64,000 nt of DNA, from positions 2,012 to 66,011 of the forward strand of contig CANLVU010000001.1 of assembly GCA_947494535.1 (NCBI GenBank), read 5' to 3'. The position numbers were made by a program, and so were the translations under genes. Positions within the stretch are counted from its first letter, which is position 1. Every line of letters starts with the position of its first letter. The stretch is from Cytophagaceae bacterium. Lineage in GTDB: Bacteria > Bacteroidota > Bacteroidia > Cytophagales > Spirosomataceae. The notes under the pieces are model-generated. The model had not been told where the DNA came from. It did not search any database and saw only the letters and a program-made list of their open reading frames with translations. Of the stretch, positions 53,667 to 64,000 are shown in pieces.

Positions 53667-55460
53667 ATGGATAGAAATTCCATCACGGGTATCGTATTAA
53701 TTATGGGTATGCTTTTAGGCTACCAATATTTCTTTGCCCCTAAAGAAATCCCTACTGAAACACCGAAAGCGGTAACTAAAAAAGCGATATCCGTAGCGCC
53801 AAAAGATTCTGCCAAAGTAGTAGCGATCGATTCTTCTGCAAAAAAAGAACAAGTATTTACGCTAGAAAATAAAGATATCATTGTAAAGTTATCTTCAAAA
53901 GGAGCGAAACTTGTTTCAGTTCAACTAAAGAACTACAAGAGTTATGCGAATTTCAATGCCGGAAAATCAGACGGATTGTTTTTGTACAACTCATCTAAAG
54001 ATGAATTCTCTATCGAATTACCTACAGCAGCTGGAAAAATTAAGGTTTCTACTGTAGATTTTACAGGGATTCAAACGGGTAATAAAGTAAACTTTACGGG
54101 CAGCTTAGCCAGTGGTCAAACGATAAGCTCTAGCTATGTATTACCGGAATCGGGTTTCCTTTTAGATTACCAGTTAGATGCTAAATCGGTGGCTTTAACA
54201 GGTGGCGATTATTTTATCCACTGGAAAGAGCAAATACATCAAACAGAGAAGGATATTACAGAAGAGCGCAAGGCAACCATTAATTATTTATTAACGGAAG
54301 ATGAGGAATTTGATTATTTATCAGAGAATACTAGTTCTGTTACAAATGAAAATTTAGATAAGAGCACTAAATGGATCAGTTTTAAAAAGAAGTACTTCTT
54401 GTCAGGTGTAATTCCTCAAGGATTTACTTTCAAATCTGCAGCATTAACTGCTACGCCTAATTTAGAAGATTCAGTAAACATTAAAACGCTAGATGCGCAG
54501 ATCATTGCATCTGCCCAGGATTTATCGGCTGGAAGATCATCCTTTCAATTCTATTTTGGCCCGAATGATTATGAGATCGTTAATAAAGTAGAGGCGCCCG
54601 AATTTGGTAAAAATGTTAAACTGAGTTATGACTTTTTATTGCCTATTACGAAGTACATTTTCGTTCCCCTATTCAGTTTCTTAGAAAGTATTTTTAAGAA
54701 TTATGGCTTATTAATTATCGTATTAGTATTAATTATCAAAACAGCCTTATTGCCATTAACGTACAAATCATACGTTTCCATGGCTAAAACTCGTATTTTG
54801 GCACCTGAAGTCGCGGCAATTAAAGAGAAGATTGGTGATGATGCAGCGCGTGTTCAACAAGAAACAATGAAGTTATATGGCGAAGTGGGGGTCAATCCAT
54901 TAAGCGGTTGTATACCTGTATTAGCCACCATGCCCGTATTGATGGCCGTATTCATGTTATTCCCTAACTTGATCAACTTACGCCAAGAATCATTCTTATG
55001 GGCTAATGACTTATCTACCTATGATTCTTTTATCACCTTACCATTTGCGATTCCGTTATATGGAGCCCACGTCAGTTTATACTGTTTATTGATGACCGTA
55101 TCACAATTAGCTTACGGTTATTATAATAACCAAATTACACCAGATCAACCAGGACAGCCAATCAACATGAAAATGATGGCCTATATAACGCCAGTTATCT
55201 TCATGTTCGTCATGAACTCCTTCCCTGCCGGCCTTAGTTTCTACTATTTCGTATCTAACCTAGTAACGATCGGTCAGCAATTAGCGATTCGCAAATTTGT
55301 AAATGAAGATAAGATCAAATCCTTACTAGATGCTAATCGTTTAAAAATAGCCGCTGGTGGTGGTCCTAAAAAATCAAAATTCTCCCAATACCTTCAAACA
55401 CAATTGAAGACGATGGAGGAGCAACAAAAAACAACAGCTAAGAATCCTAAGAAGAAATAA
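53667..55460 (+). CDS. yidC: Membrane protein insertase YidC
   Basis: N-terminal TM, periplasmic domain, FYFGP, NYGLLII, NPLSGCIP and FLWANDLS motifs. Confidence 0.96.
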   Translation: MDRNSITGIVLIMGMLLGYQYFFAPKEIPTETPKAVTKKAISVAPKDSAKVVAIDSSAKKEQVFTLENKDIIVKLSSKGAKLVSVQLKNYKSYANFNAGKSDGLFLYNSSKDEFSIELPTAAGKIKVSTVDFTGIQTGNKVNFTGSLASGQTISSSYVLPESGFLLDYQLDAKSVALTGGDYFIHWKEQIHQTEKDITEERKATINYLLTEDEEFDYLSENTSSVTNENLDKSTKWISFKKKYFLSGVIPQGFTFKSAALTATPNLEDSVNIKTLDAQIIASAQDLSAGRSSFQFYFGPNDYEIVNKVEAPEFGKNVKLSYDFLLPITKYIFVPLFSFLESIFKNYGLLIIVLVLIIKTALLPLTYKSYVSMAKTRILAPEVAAIKEKIGDDAARVQQETMKLYGEVGVNPLSGCIPVLATMPVLMAVFMLFPNLINLRQESFLWANDLSTYDSFITLPFAIPLYGAHVSLYCLLMTVSQLAYGYYNNQITPDQPGQPINMKMMAYITPVIFMFVMNSFPAGLSFYYFVSNLVTIGQQLAIRKFVNEDKIKSLLDANRLKIAAGGGPKKSKFSQYLQTQLKTMEEQQKTTAKNPKKK

Positions 55461-55461
55461 G

Positions 55462-56745
55462 ATGTCTACTTTAAGTACAGCCTATTTTGAAAGAGCTTTA
55501 GAATTAATTCCAGGTGGAGTTAACTCTCCCGTTCGCGCCTTCAAATCAGTGGGAGGCAATCCTGTATTTATTAAGTCGGCTAAAGGAGCCTATTTACATG
55601 ATGTAGATGGCAATACCTATATTGATTTAATCGGTTCTTGGGGACCTATGCTTTTTGGACAAGCACATCCCGTCATTGAGGATGCCGTTCGTGGTGCCTT
55701 GAGTAATGGATTTTCCTTCGGCGCACCTACCTATAATGAGGTATTAATCGCAGAAAAAATCATTTCAATGATTCCGTCTGTAGAAAAGGTAAGATTAGTT
55801 AATTCAGGTACCGAAGCTACGATGGCTGCCATTCGCTTAGCCAGAGCATATACAAAACGGGATAAAATAATTAAAATGGAAGGCTGTTACCATGGCCATG
55901 GAGATTCCTTTTTAATTGCAGCAGGTTCTGGCGTAGCCACCTTAGGAACACCAGATAGTCCTGGCGTAACAGTTTCCACTGCAAGAGATACTTTGACAGC
56001 TGTTTATAATGATCTAGAAAGCTTAGAAAATCTATTTAAATCAAATCCCGCGGAAGTGGCTGCCGTCATACTTGAGCCTGTAGTCGGAAATATGGGCTTA
56101 GTGATCCCTAAAGAAGGTTATTTAGAGATTGTCCAAAAATTGTGCAAACAATATGGAGCCTTGCTTATTTTTGACGAAGTAATGACAGGGTTCCGCCTTT
56201 CAGCTGCTGGATACCAAGGTTTAGCAGGCATTCAACCAGACCTTACTACATTAGGCAAAATAATTGGTGGAGGACTTCCAGTAGGTGCTTATGGTGGAAA
56301 GGCTGAAATTATGAATATGATTGCACCTTCTGGACCTGTTTATCAAGCGGGTACTTTATCCGGAAATCCTTTGGCTACTACGGCAGGTTTAGCTATGCTA
56401 AACTTAATCACTGAGAACCCAGGTGTATATACTTCGTTAGCACAACGTGGATTAGAGCTCAAAAATGCTTTAGCCAACGATTTAAAAGAATTAGGGCTTA
56501 ACTACACCATTAACCAAATCGGCTCCATGTTCACCTTGTTCTTCACGGATAAAGAAGTGAAAAACTTTAATGATGCTAAAACGTCAGATACTGCCTTATT
56601 TGGCAAATATTTCAAGGGCATGCTGGATAAAGGTATTTACTTGCCACCTTCACAATATGAATCTTGGTTCTTATCTGCCGCTTTAGACGATTCAGAATAC
56701 GATCAAATTATATCTGCTAGCAAAGCAACGCTTCGTTCCTTATAA
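55462..56745 (+). CDS. hemL: Glutamate-1-semialdehyde 2,1-aminomutase
   Basis: PGGVNSPVRAF, NSGTEAT, FDEVMTGFR, GKIIGGGLP and QAGTLSGNP motifs. Confidence 0.98.
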   Translation: MSTLSTAYFERALELIPGGVNSPVRAFKSVGGNPVFIKSAKGAYLHDVDGNTYIDLIGSWGPMLFGQAHPVIEDAVRGALSNGFSFGAPTYNEVLIAEKIISMIPSVEKVRLVNSGTEATMAAIRLARAYTKRDKIIKMEGCYHGHGDSFLIAAGSGVATLGTPDSPGVTVSTARDTLTAVYNDLESLENLFKSNPAEVAAVILEPVVGNMGLVIPKEGYLEIVQKLCKQYGALLIFDEVMTGFRLSAAGYQGLAGIQPDLTTLGKIIGGGLPVGAYGGKAEIMNMIAPSGPVYQAGTLSGNPLATTAGLAMLNLITENPGVYTSLAQRGLELKNALANDLKELGLNYTINQIGSMFTLFFTDKEVKNFNDAKTSDTALFGKYFKGMLDKGIYLPPSQYESWFLSAALDDSEYDQIISASKATLRSL

Positions 56746-56746
56746 A

Positions 56747-57730
56747 ATGAAAACGCCGGCCTACAGCCTGATTATCCCTGTATATAACCGACCACAAGAG
56801 TTGGATGAGTTATTAGCTTGCATTCAAACACAAGAATTTAGGGATTTTGAAGTGGTCGTCATCGAAGATGGCTCGACGGAGGACGCTTCGGCCATCATTG
56901 ATAAATATAAAGATGCTTTCTCATTAGCCTATTATGTCAAAGAAAACAGAGGCCAGGGTTTCGCAAGAAACTATGCTTTTGAACGAGCTAAGGGGGATTA
57001 TTTCATCATCCTCGATTCAGATGCATTGTTAGAACCGTCTTATTTAACCGAGGTGGATAAAGCGGTGAAAGCGGATGGTTTAGACCTTTTTGGCGGGCCA
57101 GATCAAGATCACCCCAGCTTTACTCCTATCCAAAAAGCCATTAGCTATTCCATGACTTCTTTCTTCACAACGGGAGGAATCAGAGGCAAAGAAAAAAACA
57201 TCGGTGGACAATTTCATCCACGTAGTTTTAATATGGGAATCTCCCGAAAAGTATACGAAGCCACTGGAGGTTTTAAAATCACCCGAATGGGGGAAGATAT
57301 TGAATTTAGTATACGGTGTATCTCCTTAGGCTTTAAATCAGGATTAATCCCTAAAGCTTTTATTTACCATAAGAGGCGAACTGATTTTAGGCAATTTTAT
57401 AATCAATTGCATTTCTTCGGACGTGCTCGCATTAACATTAGTCGATTCTTCCCTAAAGAATTGAAAGCCGTGCATTTTTTTCCTTTCTTATTTTTCAGCT
57501 ACTATGTACTAACAGGGATAGCTTTATTAGCCATGCCAATGTATGGATTAGTACTTTTGTCGGGAATTGTAGCTTATAGTATGTTGATCTTTCTTGCTGC
57601 TTTATTCAGCACAAAAAATATTGGAATAGCCTTTCTTTCCATCTTTGCCGCAAACATTCAATTATTCGCGTACGGGAAAGGTTTTGCAGAGGAGGGTCTA
57701 AAGAAATTACTTAATAATAAAGCTGCTTAG
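56747..57730 (+). CDS. Family 2 glycosyltransferase with C-terminal TMs
   Basis: IIPVYNR, EDGS, ARN, LDSD and GEDIE motifs. Confidence 0.92.
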   Translation: MKTPAYSLIIPVYNRPQELDELLACIQTQEFRDFEVVVIEDGSTEDASAIIDKYKDAFSLAYYVKENRGQGFARNYAFERAKGDYFIILDSDALLEPSYLTEVDKAVKADGLDLFGGPDQDHPSFTPIQKAISYSMTSFFTTGGIRGKEKNIGGQFHPRSFNMGISRKVYEATGGFKITRMGEDIEFSIRCISLGFKSGLIPKAFIYHKRRTDFRQFYNQLHFFGRARINISRFFPKELKAVHFFPFLFFSYYVLTGIALLAMPMYGLVLLSGIVAYSMLIFLAALFSTKNIGIAFLSIFAANIQLFAYGKGFAEEGLKKLLNNKAA

Positions 57731-58676
57731 CTAGGTAGTTTTGTACGTAATCTTTCACTCCCTCTTCTAGACTCGTAAATTCCTTCTTATACCCAATTGC
57801 GCGTAATTTTTCCATAGTAGCCTCCGTAAAATATTGGTATTTATCCCGAATGTCTACCGGTGTATCGATGTAGTTAATTTTAGGTTCTAATCCCAAAGCC
57901 GTAAAGGTTGCCTTGCCTAAATCATTAAATGAGCGAGCCTTTCCTGTTCCTAAATTATATATGCCTGAATTCTTACGATGTTCCATCAAGAACACACACA
58001 CATCAATTAGGTCTTTCACATAAATAAAATCACGCATTTGTTCTCCATCCTTAAAATCATCTCGATGGGATTTAAAAAGCTGTAGGGAACCGTTCGCTTG
58101 AATTTGTCGATACGCATGCCAAATAACGGAGGCCATACGTCCTTTGTGGTATTCATTAGGACCATAGACGTTGAAAAACTTTAAGCCAGCAAAGAAAAAA
58201 GGTTTTTTATCTTGCTGCAAAGCCCATATATCAAAGTTATTTTTTGAATCACCGTATGGATTCAAAGGTTTCAAAGAAGAAATTGTAGATTCGTTGTCTT
58301 CATAGCCGATTTCTCCCAATCCATAAGTGGCTGCCGAACTAGCATAAACTAAAGGAATTTGATACGCTACACATGCCTTCCATACCTTCTTGGAATATTC
58401 TACATTAAGCTCATCAAAGATTTTTGTATCAAACTCTGTCGTATCTGTTCTGGCCCCAATATGAAAAAAGAATTCCACCTCTCGATTATTTTTCTCTAAC
58501 CACGTAAACAGTTCCTTCCGATCCACACGAGCCATAATGGACTTCCCTTCTAAATTTATATTCTTTTCTTCGGTAGAAAAATCATCTACCGCTATGATAT
58601 AGCGAAATTTTAATTCATTCAACTTTTGAATCAAACAACTACCAATAAAGCCTGCGGCACCGGTTACTATGATCAT
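57711..58676 (-). CDS. rfaD: ADP-L-glycero-D-manno-heptose 6-epimerase
   Basis: TGAAGFIGS, YASSAATYG, YGDSK, FNVYGPNEYHKGRMASV and YQYFT motifs; start at ATG 58676. Confidence 0.94.
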   Translation of the reverse strand: MIIVTGAAGFIGSCLIQKLNELKFRYIIAVDDFSTEEKNINLEGKSIMARVDRKELFTWLEKNNREVEFFFHIGARTDTTEFDTKIFDELNVEYSKKVWKACVAYQIPLVYASSAATYGLGEIGYEDNESTISSLKPLNPYGDSKNNFDIWALQQDKKPFFFAGLKFFNVYGPNEYHKGRMASVIWHAYRQIQANGSLQLFKSHRDDFKDGEQMRDFIYVKDLIDVCVFLMEHRKNSGIYNLGTGKARSFNDLGKATFTALGLEPKINYIDTPVDIRDKYQYFTEATMEKLRAIGYKKEFTSLEEGVKDYVQNYLAKQLYY

Positions 58677-58694
58677 TTGAAAAGGATTTAAAAA

Positions 58695-58732
58695 CAAATT
58701 TACACAGATTCCCGGAACGTTTATTAACTTTG
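58695..58732. promoter_or_regulatory. Divergent -7 elements for rfaD (58695-58702, minus) and queD (58725-58732, plus)
   Basis: TAAATTTG on the minus strand and TAACTTTG on the plus strand. Confidence 0.6.
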
Positions 58733-58791
58733 TAGAATTATTGGAACTCTGCTATTGTTTTCCCAGAGTCCCTCCACAAAAACTGAAAACA

Positions 58792-59214
58792 ATGGTATAC
58801 GTAATCCGTAAGGAACATTTCAACGCTGCGCACCGCTTATTTAATCCAGCCTGGACAGAAGAAAAAAATCAAGCCGTATTTGGACCCTGTGCAAATAATA
58901 ATTGGCATGGACATAATTTTGAATTAATTGTAACTGTAAAAGGCATACCTGATCCAGAAACAGGATTTTCCTATGATTTAAAGCAATTAGGTGATTTGAT
59001 TAAAGCAGAAATTATTGATAAAGTCGATCATAAAAACCTTAATTTGGATGTAGACTTTATGGAGGGTAAATTAGCTAGCTGTGAGATTCTTGTGATGGAA
59101 TTTTGGAAGATTTTAGCTCCTAAGATTTTGGCTACTTCTAAATCTGCTACGCTACACAAAATTCATTTAATAGAAACCAACAAGAATTCTGTCGAATACT
59201 TCGGAGAAAACTAA
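58792..59214 (+). CDS. queD: 6-carboxytetrahydropterin / 6-pyruvoyltetrahydropterin synthase
   Basis: FNAAHRL, C..HGHN, DHKNLN and ET motifs; start at ATG 58792. Confidence 0.88.
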   Translation: MVYVIRKEHFNAAHRLFNPAWTEEKNQAVFGPCANNNWHGHNFELIVTVKGIPDPETGFSYDLKQLGDLIKAEIIDKVDHKNLNLDVDFMEGKLASCEILVMEFWKILAPKILATSKSATLHKIHLIETNKNSVEYFGEN

Positions 59215-60296
59215 TGAAATACTTCATCCTTGCAGGAGAAAAATCGGGCGATCTTCATGGATCTAATCTTATCTCAGAAATTAAAGAACTGGATAAGGAA
59301 GCCGTTATTCAAGCCTGGGGGGGAGATTCCATGAAAGCTCAAGGGGCTGATGTTCTCATACACCATAATCAATTAGCGATGATGGGCATACTGGGAGTCA
59401 TTCAGAATCTACAGCGCTTAAAAGGATTATTCAAAACATTTGCTCAGCAGATCGACTCATTTCAACCGGATGCCATCATCTTTATCGATTACGGTGGATT
59501 TAATTTAAAGGCCGCTAAAATCGCGAAAAAAAAAGGCTTTCAAACACATTTTTATATTGCGCCTAAAGTTTGGGCCTGGAATAAAGGCAGGGTGAGTGGA
59601 TTAAAGAAATGGATTGATCATCTTTATGTGATATTTCCATTTGAATTAAAACTCTTTAGAGAGGCTGGTATTCCCACTGAATATGTGGGAAACCCCCTTC
59701 AAGATTCCATTCAGGCATTTAAACCCAATGCTACCTTTTCCTTAAAAGGTAAAAAATATATTGCCTTACTAGCTGGAAGTCGCAAACAAGAAATCAAAAC
59801 AGCCTTACCATTATTTGAATCATTAGCTGAGGCAAATCCTGACCTTTCTTTTGTCATTGCTGGTGTATCAGAAATGAAGGAGTTATATCAAACATCAATA
59901 CCCGTTTTATTCGAACAAACCTATGATATCGTTCAACAAGCAGAACTGGCAATTGTTACTTCTGGAACGGCAACCTTAGAAACAGCCTTATTAAATACCC
60001 CCCAAATAGTGGTTTATAAGACGGATTGGGTATTTTATTCTTTGGCCAAAATCGTTATACAAATCAAATATATCTCTCTGGTTAATATCATACTAGATAA
60101 ATTAGCTGTACCTGAATTAATTCAGGCTAAATTCTCTGTTGATCACATGACGGCATGGATAAAAGAACTGCTGACAAAAGGAAAAAAATACCAACAGCAA
60201 AAAGAAGATTATAAAGACCTACAAATCTTAGTAGGAAACGCAGGTGCATCTAAAAAAACCGCTCAATTAATCTATTCTGCTGCCTCAGCTAAATAA
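59214..60296 (+). CDS. lpxB: Lipid-A-disaccharide synthase
   Basis: AGEKSGDLHG, IDY.GFN, PKVWAW, FPFE, GSR and SGTATLE motifs. Confidence 0.96.
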   Translation: MKYFILAGEKSGDLHGSNLISEIKELDKEAVIQAWGGDSMKAQGADVLIHHNQLAMMGILGVIQNLQRLKGLFKTFAQQIDSFQPDAIIFIDYGGFNLKAAKIAKKKGFQTHFYIAPKVWAWNKGRVSGLKKWIDHLYVIFPFELKLFREAGIPTEYVGNPLQDSIQAFKPNATFSLKGKKYIALLAGSRKQEIKTALPLFESLAEANPDLSFVIAGVSEMKELYQTSIPVLFEQTYDIVQQAELAIVTSGTATLETALLNTPQIVVYKTDWVFYSLAKIVIQIKYISLVNIILDKLAVPELIQAKFSVDHMTAWIKELLTKGKKYQQQKEDYKDLQILVGNAGASKKTAQLIYSAASAK

Positions 60297-60844
60297 TTCT
60301 TAATCCACGATTTTTGAACACCTGGAATCGTTTGGAAATAACGAGCGATGTCCAGTTTATCTTTATTGAAATCACCTGTTGTATAATAAGGTTCGCGTAT
60401 TTTTATCTCCTTATTCACAAAGTCAAATCCAATCATAATTAAAGGTACCTTTGCACCATCTGCGATATAATAGAAACCCGTTTTCAATTCTTGAACATCC
60501 TTTCGTGTACCTTCTGGTGCTAAAACAGCATAAAATGATTCCTTGGAATTGTAAATATCAACTATGGCATCCACTAAATTAGATTTAGTTCCTCTATTCA
60601 CAGGATAACCTCCTAACCAAGTAAAAATCCCAGCAAAAGGCCCCTCAAACAATTCCCTCTTTCCCCAAAATAAAATAGGCATCCTCATTAAAGAACGAGC
60701 ACCTAATCCCACAATAAAATCCTTCCAAGTGGCATGAGGACATACAATAACCAATGCTTTCTTTAAATCTTGAGGAACCTCTCCTACTAATTTCCAGCCT
60801 GCTAGCTTAAATAATACATCGAAAATGGGGCTACTAACTAACAT
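60272..60844 (-). CDS. PlsC-like acyltransferase
   Basis: PHATWKDF (HxxxxD), PVNR and APEGTR motifs. Confidence 0.88.
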   Translation of the reverse strand: MLVSSPIFDVLFKLAGWKLVGEVPQDLKKALVIVCPHATWKDFIVGLGARSLMRMPILFWGKRELFEGPFAGIFTWLGGYPVNRGTKSNLVDAIVDIYNSKESFYAVLAPEGTRKDVQELKTGFYYIADGAKVPLIMIGFDFVNKEIKIREPYYTTGDFNKDKLDIARYFQTIPGVQKSWIKNYLAEAAE

Positions 60845-61466
60845 AGGTATCTAAGATTTCTTGTATTTGTATAAAAGTACGATTGGGATCAATTAAATAA
60901 GAATCAATTCCAATTAATTTAGCTGAATTAATATTAGCGAGATTATCATCAAAAAACAATACTTGTGAAGGCGAAAAACCTTGTTCTGTTAAAACTCGAT
61001 GATAAATTGCTGGATCAGGTTTGACCAAACCCATTTCAAACGAATAATACACATGGTGAAACAAACTGAACAGATTTTCGCCCGTTGGCCCTAAAGAAAC
61101 CTTAGTAAAACGCTCTGCGTGAATAGAACTTGTATTACTCAACAAAATAAGGTGATACGTAGATTGCAACGAGGCTATCCATTCATAAACACCTTCCTGA
61201 AAATTCAATAATAATGCTGAGAAAGCTTCATCAAATTCAAAATCTGAAATAGTTAAATCCAGTCGTGAACGAAGAAATTCCCTAAACTCTATATCTGACT
61301 GCTTTCCTGACTCATAGGGAACCCAGAGCTGATTTTCAATGATAATAGAGCCAATCTCCTCTTTACTTAGGCTAGAATAAGCTGAAAAAGCTGCATAGGT
61401 TTTATCTAAATCAATAGGCAATAAGACATTCCCTAAATCAAAGATAATCGCTTTAGGAACTGCCAT
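60834..61466 (-). CDS. HAD family phosphatase (YihX-like)
   Basis: FDLGNVL, LLSNT, KPDPAIY and FFDD motifs; start at ATG 61466. Confidence 0.9.
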   Translation of the reverse strand: MAVPKAIIFDLGNVLLPIDLDKTYAAFSAYSSLSKEEIGSIIIENQLWVPYESGKQSDIEFREFLRSRLDLTISDFEFDEAFSALLLNFQEGVYEWIASLQSTYHLILLSNTSSIHAERFTKVSLGPTGENLFSLFHHVYYSFEMGLVKPDPAIYHRVLTEQGFSPSQVLFFDDNLANINSAKLIGIDSYLIDPNRTFIQIQEILDTYVS

Positions 61467-61467
61467 A

Positions 61468-62424
61468 TTATTCAATAACCTCGCCCATAGCACCAAACTT
61501 ATCAATCCGCTGTGCTATACGCGTGGCAGGATCCAACGCTGAAAGTATAGCTAATTCCTTTTTAATTACTGCTTTTAAAGTAGCAGCAGCCTCTTCAGGA
61601 TGAAGATGTGCTCCACCCAAAGGCTCAGGAATAATACCATCAATTAATTTATTCGCTAACATATCATTAGCCGTTAATTTTAAGGCTTCTGCCGCTTGTT
61701 CTTTGTAATTCCAGCTTCTCCATAGGATAGAAGAACAAGATTCAGGAGAAATCACCGAATACCAGGTATTTTCCATCATTAAAACGCGATCTCCTACCGC
61801 AATGCCTAAAGCACCACCAGAAGCTCCTTCTCCAATGATGACACAGATCACAGGAACCTTCAGCATAAACATATCGCGAATGTTACGAGCGATCGCTTCA
61901 CCTTGACCTCTTTCTTCCGCCTCTAATCCAGGAAAAGCGCCTGGCGTATCGATCAAACAAACAATAGGTTTATTAAACTTCTCCGCCATCTTCATTAAGC
62001 GAAGCGCTTTGCGGTATCCCTCCGGATTAGGCATTCCAAAATTCCGGAATTGACGTTCTTTCGTATTACGTCCCTTTTGTTGACCAATGAACATGACAGA
62101 TAATTCACCATCAATCGTTCCAAAACCACCCACCATCGCCTTATCGTCTCCAACGTTTCGATCCCCATGAATCTCAATAAATTCCTCACAGAGATGCTCA
62201 ATGTAGTCAAATGTATAGGGACGGTCCGGATGTCGGGATAATTGAACACGCTGCCAACGCGTCAAATTCGAAAATGTTTCCTTTTTCAATTCTACTATCT
62301 TATCAGTCAAGGATGCCACAGTAGCTGTCACATCGACATTATTCTCTAAAGCAAGCTTCCGCATCTCAATCAATTTATCCTCTAATTCTGCGATAGGCTT
62401 CTCGAATTCCAATAATGTTTTCAT
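61468..62424 (-). CDS. accA: Acetyl-CoA carboxylase carboxyltransferase alpha
   Basis: [30 protein letters not shown] and GEGASGGA motifs. Confidence 0.98.
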   Translation of the reverse strand: MKTLLEFEKPIAELEDKLIEMRKLALENNVDVTATVASLTDKIVELKKETFSNLTRWQRVQLSRHPDRPYTFDYIEHLCEEFIEIHGDRNVGDDKAMVGGFGTIDGELSVMFIGQQKGRNTKERQFRNFGMPNPEGYRKALRLMKMAEKFNKPIVCLIDTPGAFPGLEAEERGQGEAIARNIRDMFMLKVPVICVIIGEGASGGALGIAVGDRVLMMENTWYSVISPESCSSILWRSWNYKEQAAEALKLTANDMLANKLIDGIIPEPLGGAHLHPEEAAATLKAVIKKELAILSALDPATRIAQRIDKFGAMGEVIE

Positions 62425-62453
62425 AAGGCATAAATTTTAATACAAAAATAAAA

Positions 62454-63878
62454 TTAAAGCTCGAAAGTCTCCTCCTTTTGGGGTAAAATAACTTCACTAA
62501 AACCTAATCCATTCAAAATAGAAGCGAACTCCAGCATACTTTCTTCCTCTCCATGAGAAAGGAATATCTTTTTAAGTTTACTGGGTTTCTGCTGCTTAAC
62601 AAAATCCAAAAGTCCAGTCTGATCAGCATGACCAGAAAATACATCAATTTTGCGAATCTGTGCATTCACTTTATACTCTCTTTCCTTCACAACAATCATA
62701 TCCGTTCCGGCTAATAATTGACGCCCTAAAGTTCCTTCAGCTGTATATCCAATCAATAAAATCGTAGCATAGGTATTTGAAATATTATCTGCAATATGTT
62801 GCTCCACGCGACCACCAGAAATCATACCAGAGGACGAAATAATGATGCAAGGCTCCCGGTAATCCTTGATAGCTCTACTTTCCTTTTCTGTCTGAAGAAA
62901 TATCAAATTATCTACATCAAACAATTCATCATTTTCCTTATGGAATTCTCGTGCCTCTGGATTTAAATAGGAAAGATATTTAGAATAAATCTTAGTAGAA
63001 CTACGGCCCATCGGACTGTCCGTAAAAACACGAACCGCAGGGAAGTTACGCTCCTCAATCAGTTTATTAAGTGTATACAAGACAGCCTGAGTTCTTCCTA
63101 CAGAAAAGGCAGGAATTACCAGACGACCAGGTCGATCAATACAGGTTTCTTTAATCACTCTTCCCAAAGCATCCATTGGACTTTCCTTATCCTCATGAAT
63201 ACGATTTCCATAGGTAGTCTCACAAATCAAATAATCTACTTCAGGGAATGGTTGAGGGTCTATGTGCAAAGGATAATTCGCACGACCTATGTCTCCACTA
63301 AATCCGATGGTCTTTGTCTCCCCTTTCTCGGTAACAGCTATCAATACGTGTGCAGCACCCAATAGGTGACCGGCAGGCACGAACGTAATTTCTAAACCTG
63401 GAAAAACAATAAACTTGCGATTGAATTGCAAAGTCACAAAATTATCCATCGCATTCTCTACATCTCTTTGAAGATAAAGATCTCCTTTACGAAGTAAGCG
63501 ATCCATTTGTTTGTGCTTCTTACGGCTATCCCCTTGTGCTGCTTTTAAACGACGCAGATGTAAACTAGCAGAATCCATTAATAATAACTCAGCTAAGTCT
63601 GCTGTGGGAGGAGTGCACAGAATTTGTCCCTCATAACCCTCTCGGTATAACATCGGAATGTTACCAGAGTGATCGATGTGTGCGTGGGTTAATATCACTA
63701 AATTGATTAGTGAGGCATCGAAAGAGAAAAATGATTTTTGCTCAACGGGTTCATCGAAATCGAGCTTTCGCTCCATGTCCGTACCACAATCGATTAATAT
63801 TTGATAGCCATCTTCCAATTGCAACAAGAACATACTTCCTGTTACTTGTCTGGCGGCTCCTAAAAAGGATAATTGCAT
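62454..63878 (-). CDS. MBL-fold beta-CASP ribonuclease-like metallo-hydrolase
   Basis: GAARQVTGS, THAHIDHSG, AGHLLG, SGDIG, ETTYG, PAFSVGRTQ, SGHAD and HGE motifs. Confidence 0.92.
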   Translation of the reverse strand: MQLSFLGAARQVTGSMFLLQLEDGYQILIDCGTDMERKLDFDEPVEQKSFFSFDASLINLVILTHAHIDHSGNIPMLYREGYEGQILCTPPTADLAELLLMDSASLHLRRLKAAQGDSRKKHKQMDRLLRKGDLYLQRDVENAMDNFVTLQFNRKFIVFPGLEITFVPAGHLLGAAHVLIAVTEKGETKTIGFSGDIGRANYPLHIDPQPFPEVDYLICETTYGNRIHEDKESPMDALGRVIKETCIDRPGRLVIPAFSVGRTQAVLYTLNKLIEERNFPAVRVFTDSPMGRSSTKIYSKYLSYLNPEAREFHKENDELFDVDNLIFLQTEKESRAIKDYREPCIIISSSGMISGGRVEQHIADNISNTYATILLIGYTAEGTLGRQLLAGTDMIVVKEREYKVNAQIRKIDVFSGHADQTGLLDFVKQQKPSKLKKIFLSHGEEESMLEFASILNGLGFSEVILPQKEETFEL

Positions 63879-63946
63879 AGAATAAAGAAAATAGGGGCTA
63901 CAAGAGCCCCCTTTATCCTACAAAAATAAGAGTATTTTCTTAAATA

Positions 63947-64000
63947 TTACTTCACTGACGCGAATTCCGCTTGAATTTTGTCTAATTCTTCCTTAGAGTT
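63947..64000 (-). CDS. 3' end of an unidentified gene entering from the right edge (…NSKEELDKIQAEFASVK*)
   Basis: Open minus-strand frame ending at TAA 63947-49; too short to identify. Confidence 0.5.
   Translation of the reverse strand, partial: NSKEELDKIQAEFASVK

Overview
A gene-dense, AT-rich chromosomal segment from a Bacteroidota bacterium. The evidence is TAnnTTTG -7 promoter elements, no Shine-Dalgarno motifs, and the miaB-sigma54 activator-lptE-secG-groESL gene order. Inference: probably a streamlined Cytophagales such as Aquirufa. It is almost all housekeeping genes: gltB (partial), purC, alaA, tamL, split transketolase, sucC, miaB, groESL, sufB, pgi, hisS, lepA, pdhC, hisGDC, carboxyspermidine pathway, addA, pyrG, yidC, hemL, rfaD, queD, lpxB and accA, plus one canonical tRNA-Ala(GGC). 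I saw no mobile elements, prophage or CRISPR. The most interesting signals are not in the ORF track. (1) A ~143-nt tRNA-shaped RNA at 31101-31243 has an Asp anticodon, Asp identity bases, a U1-A72 pair, U37 and a 74-nt variable arm, with its own promoter and terminator. It is divergent from an AsnC regulator, the position asnA occupies in E. coli. (2) A 16-bp operator is shared by the miaB-sigma54 activator operon and a sigma54-type promoter before groESL. (3) An unannotated 47-aa basic protein has its own transcription unit. (4) A strongly eroded BatB/BatC-like gene pair lies upstream of purC.
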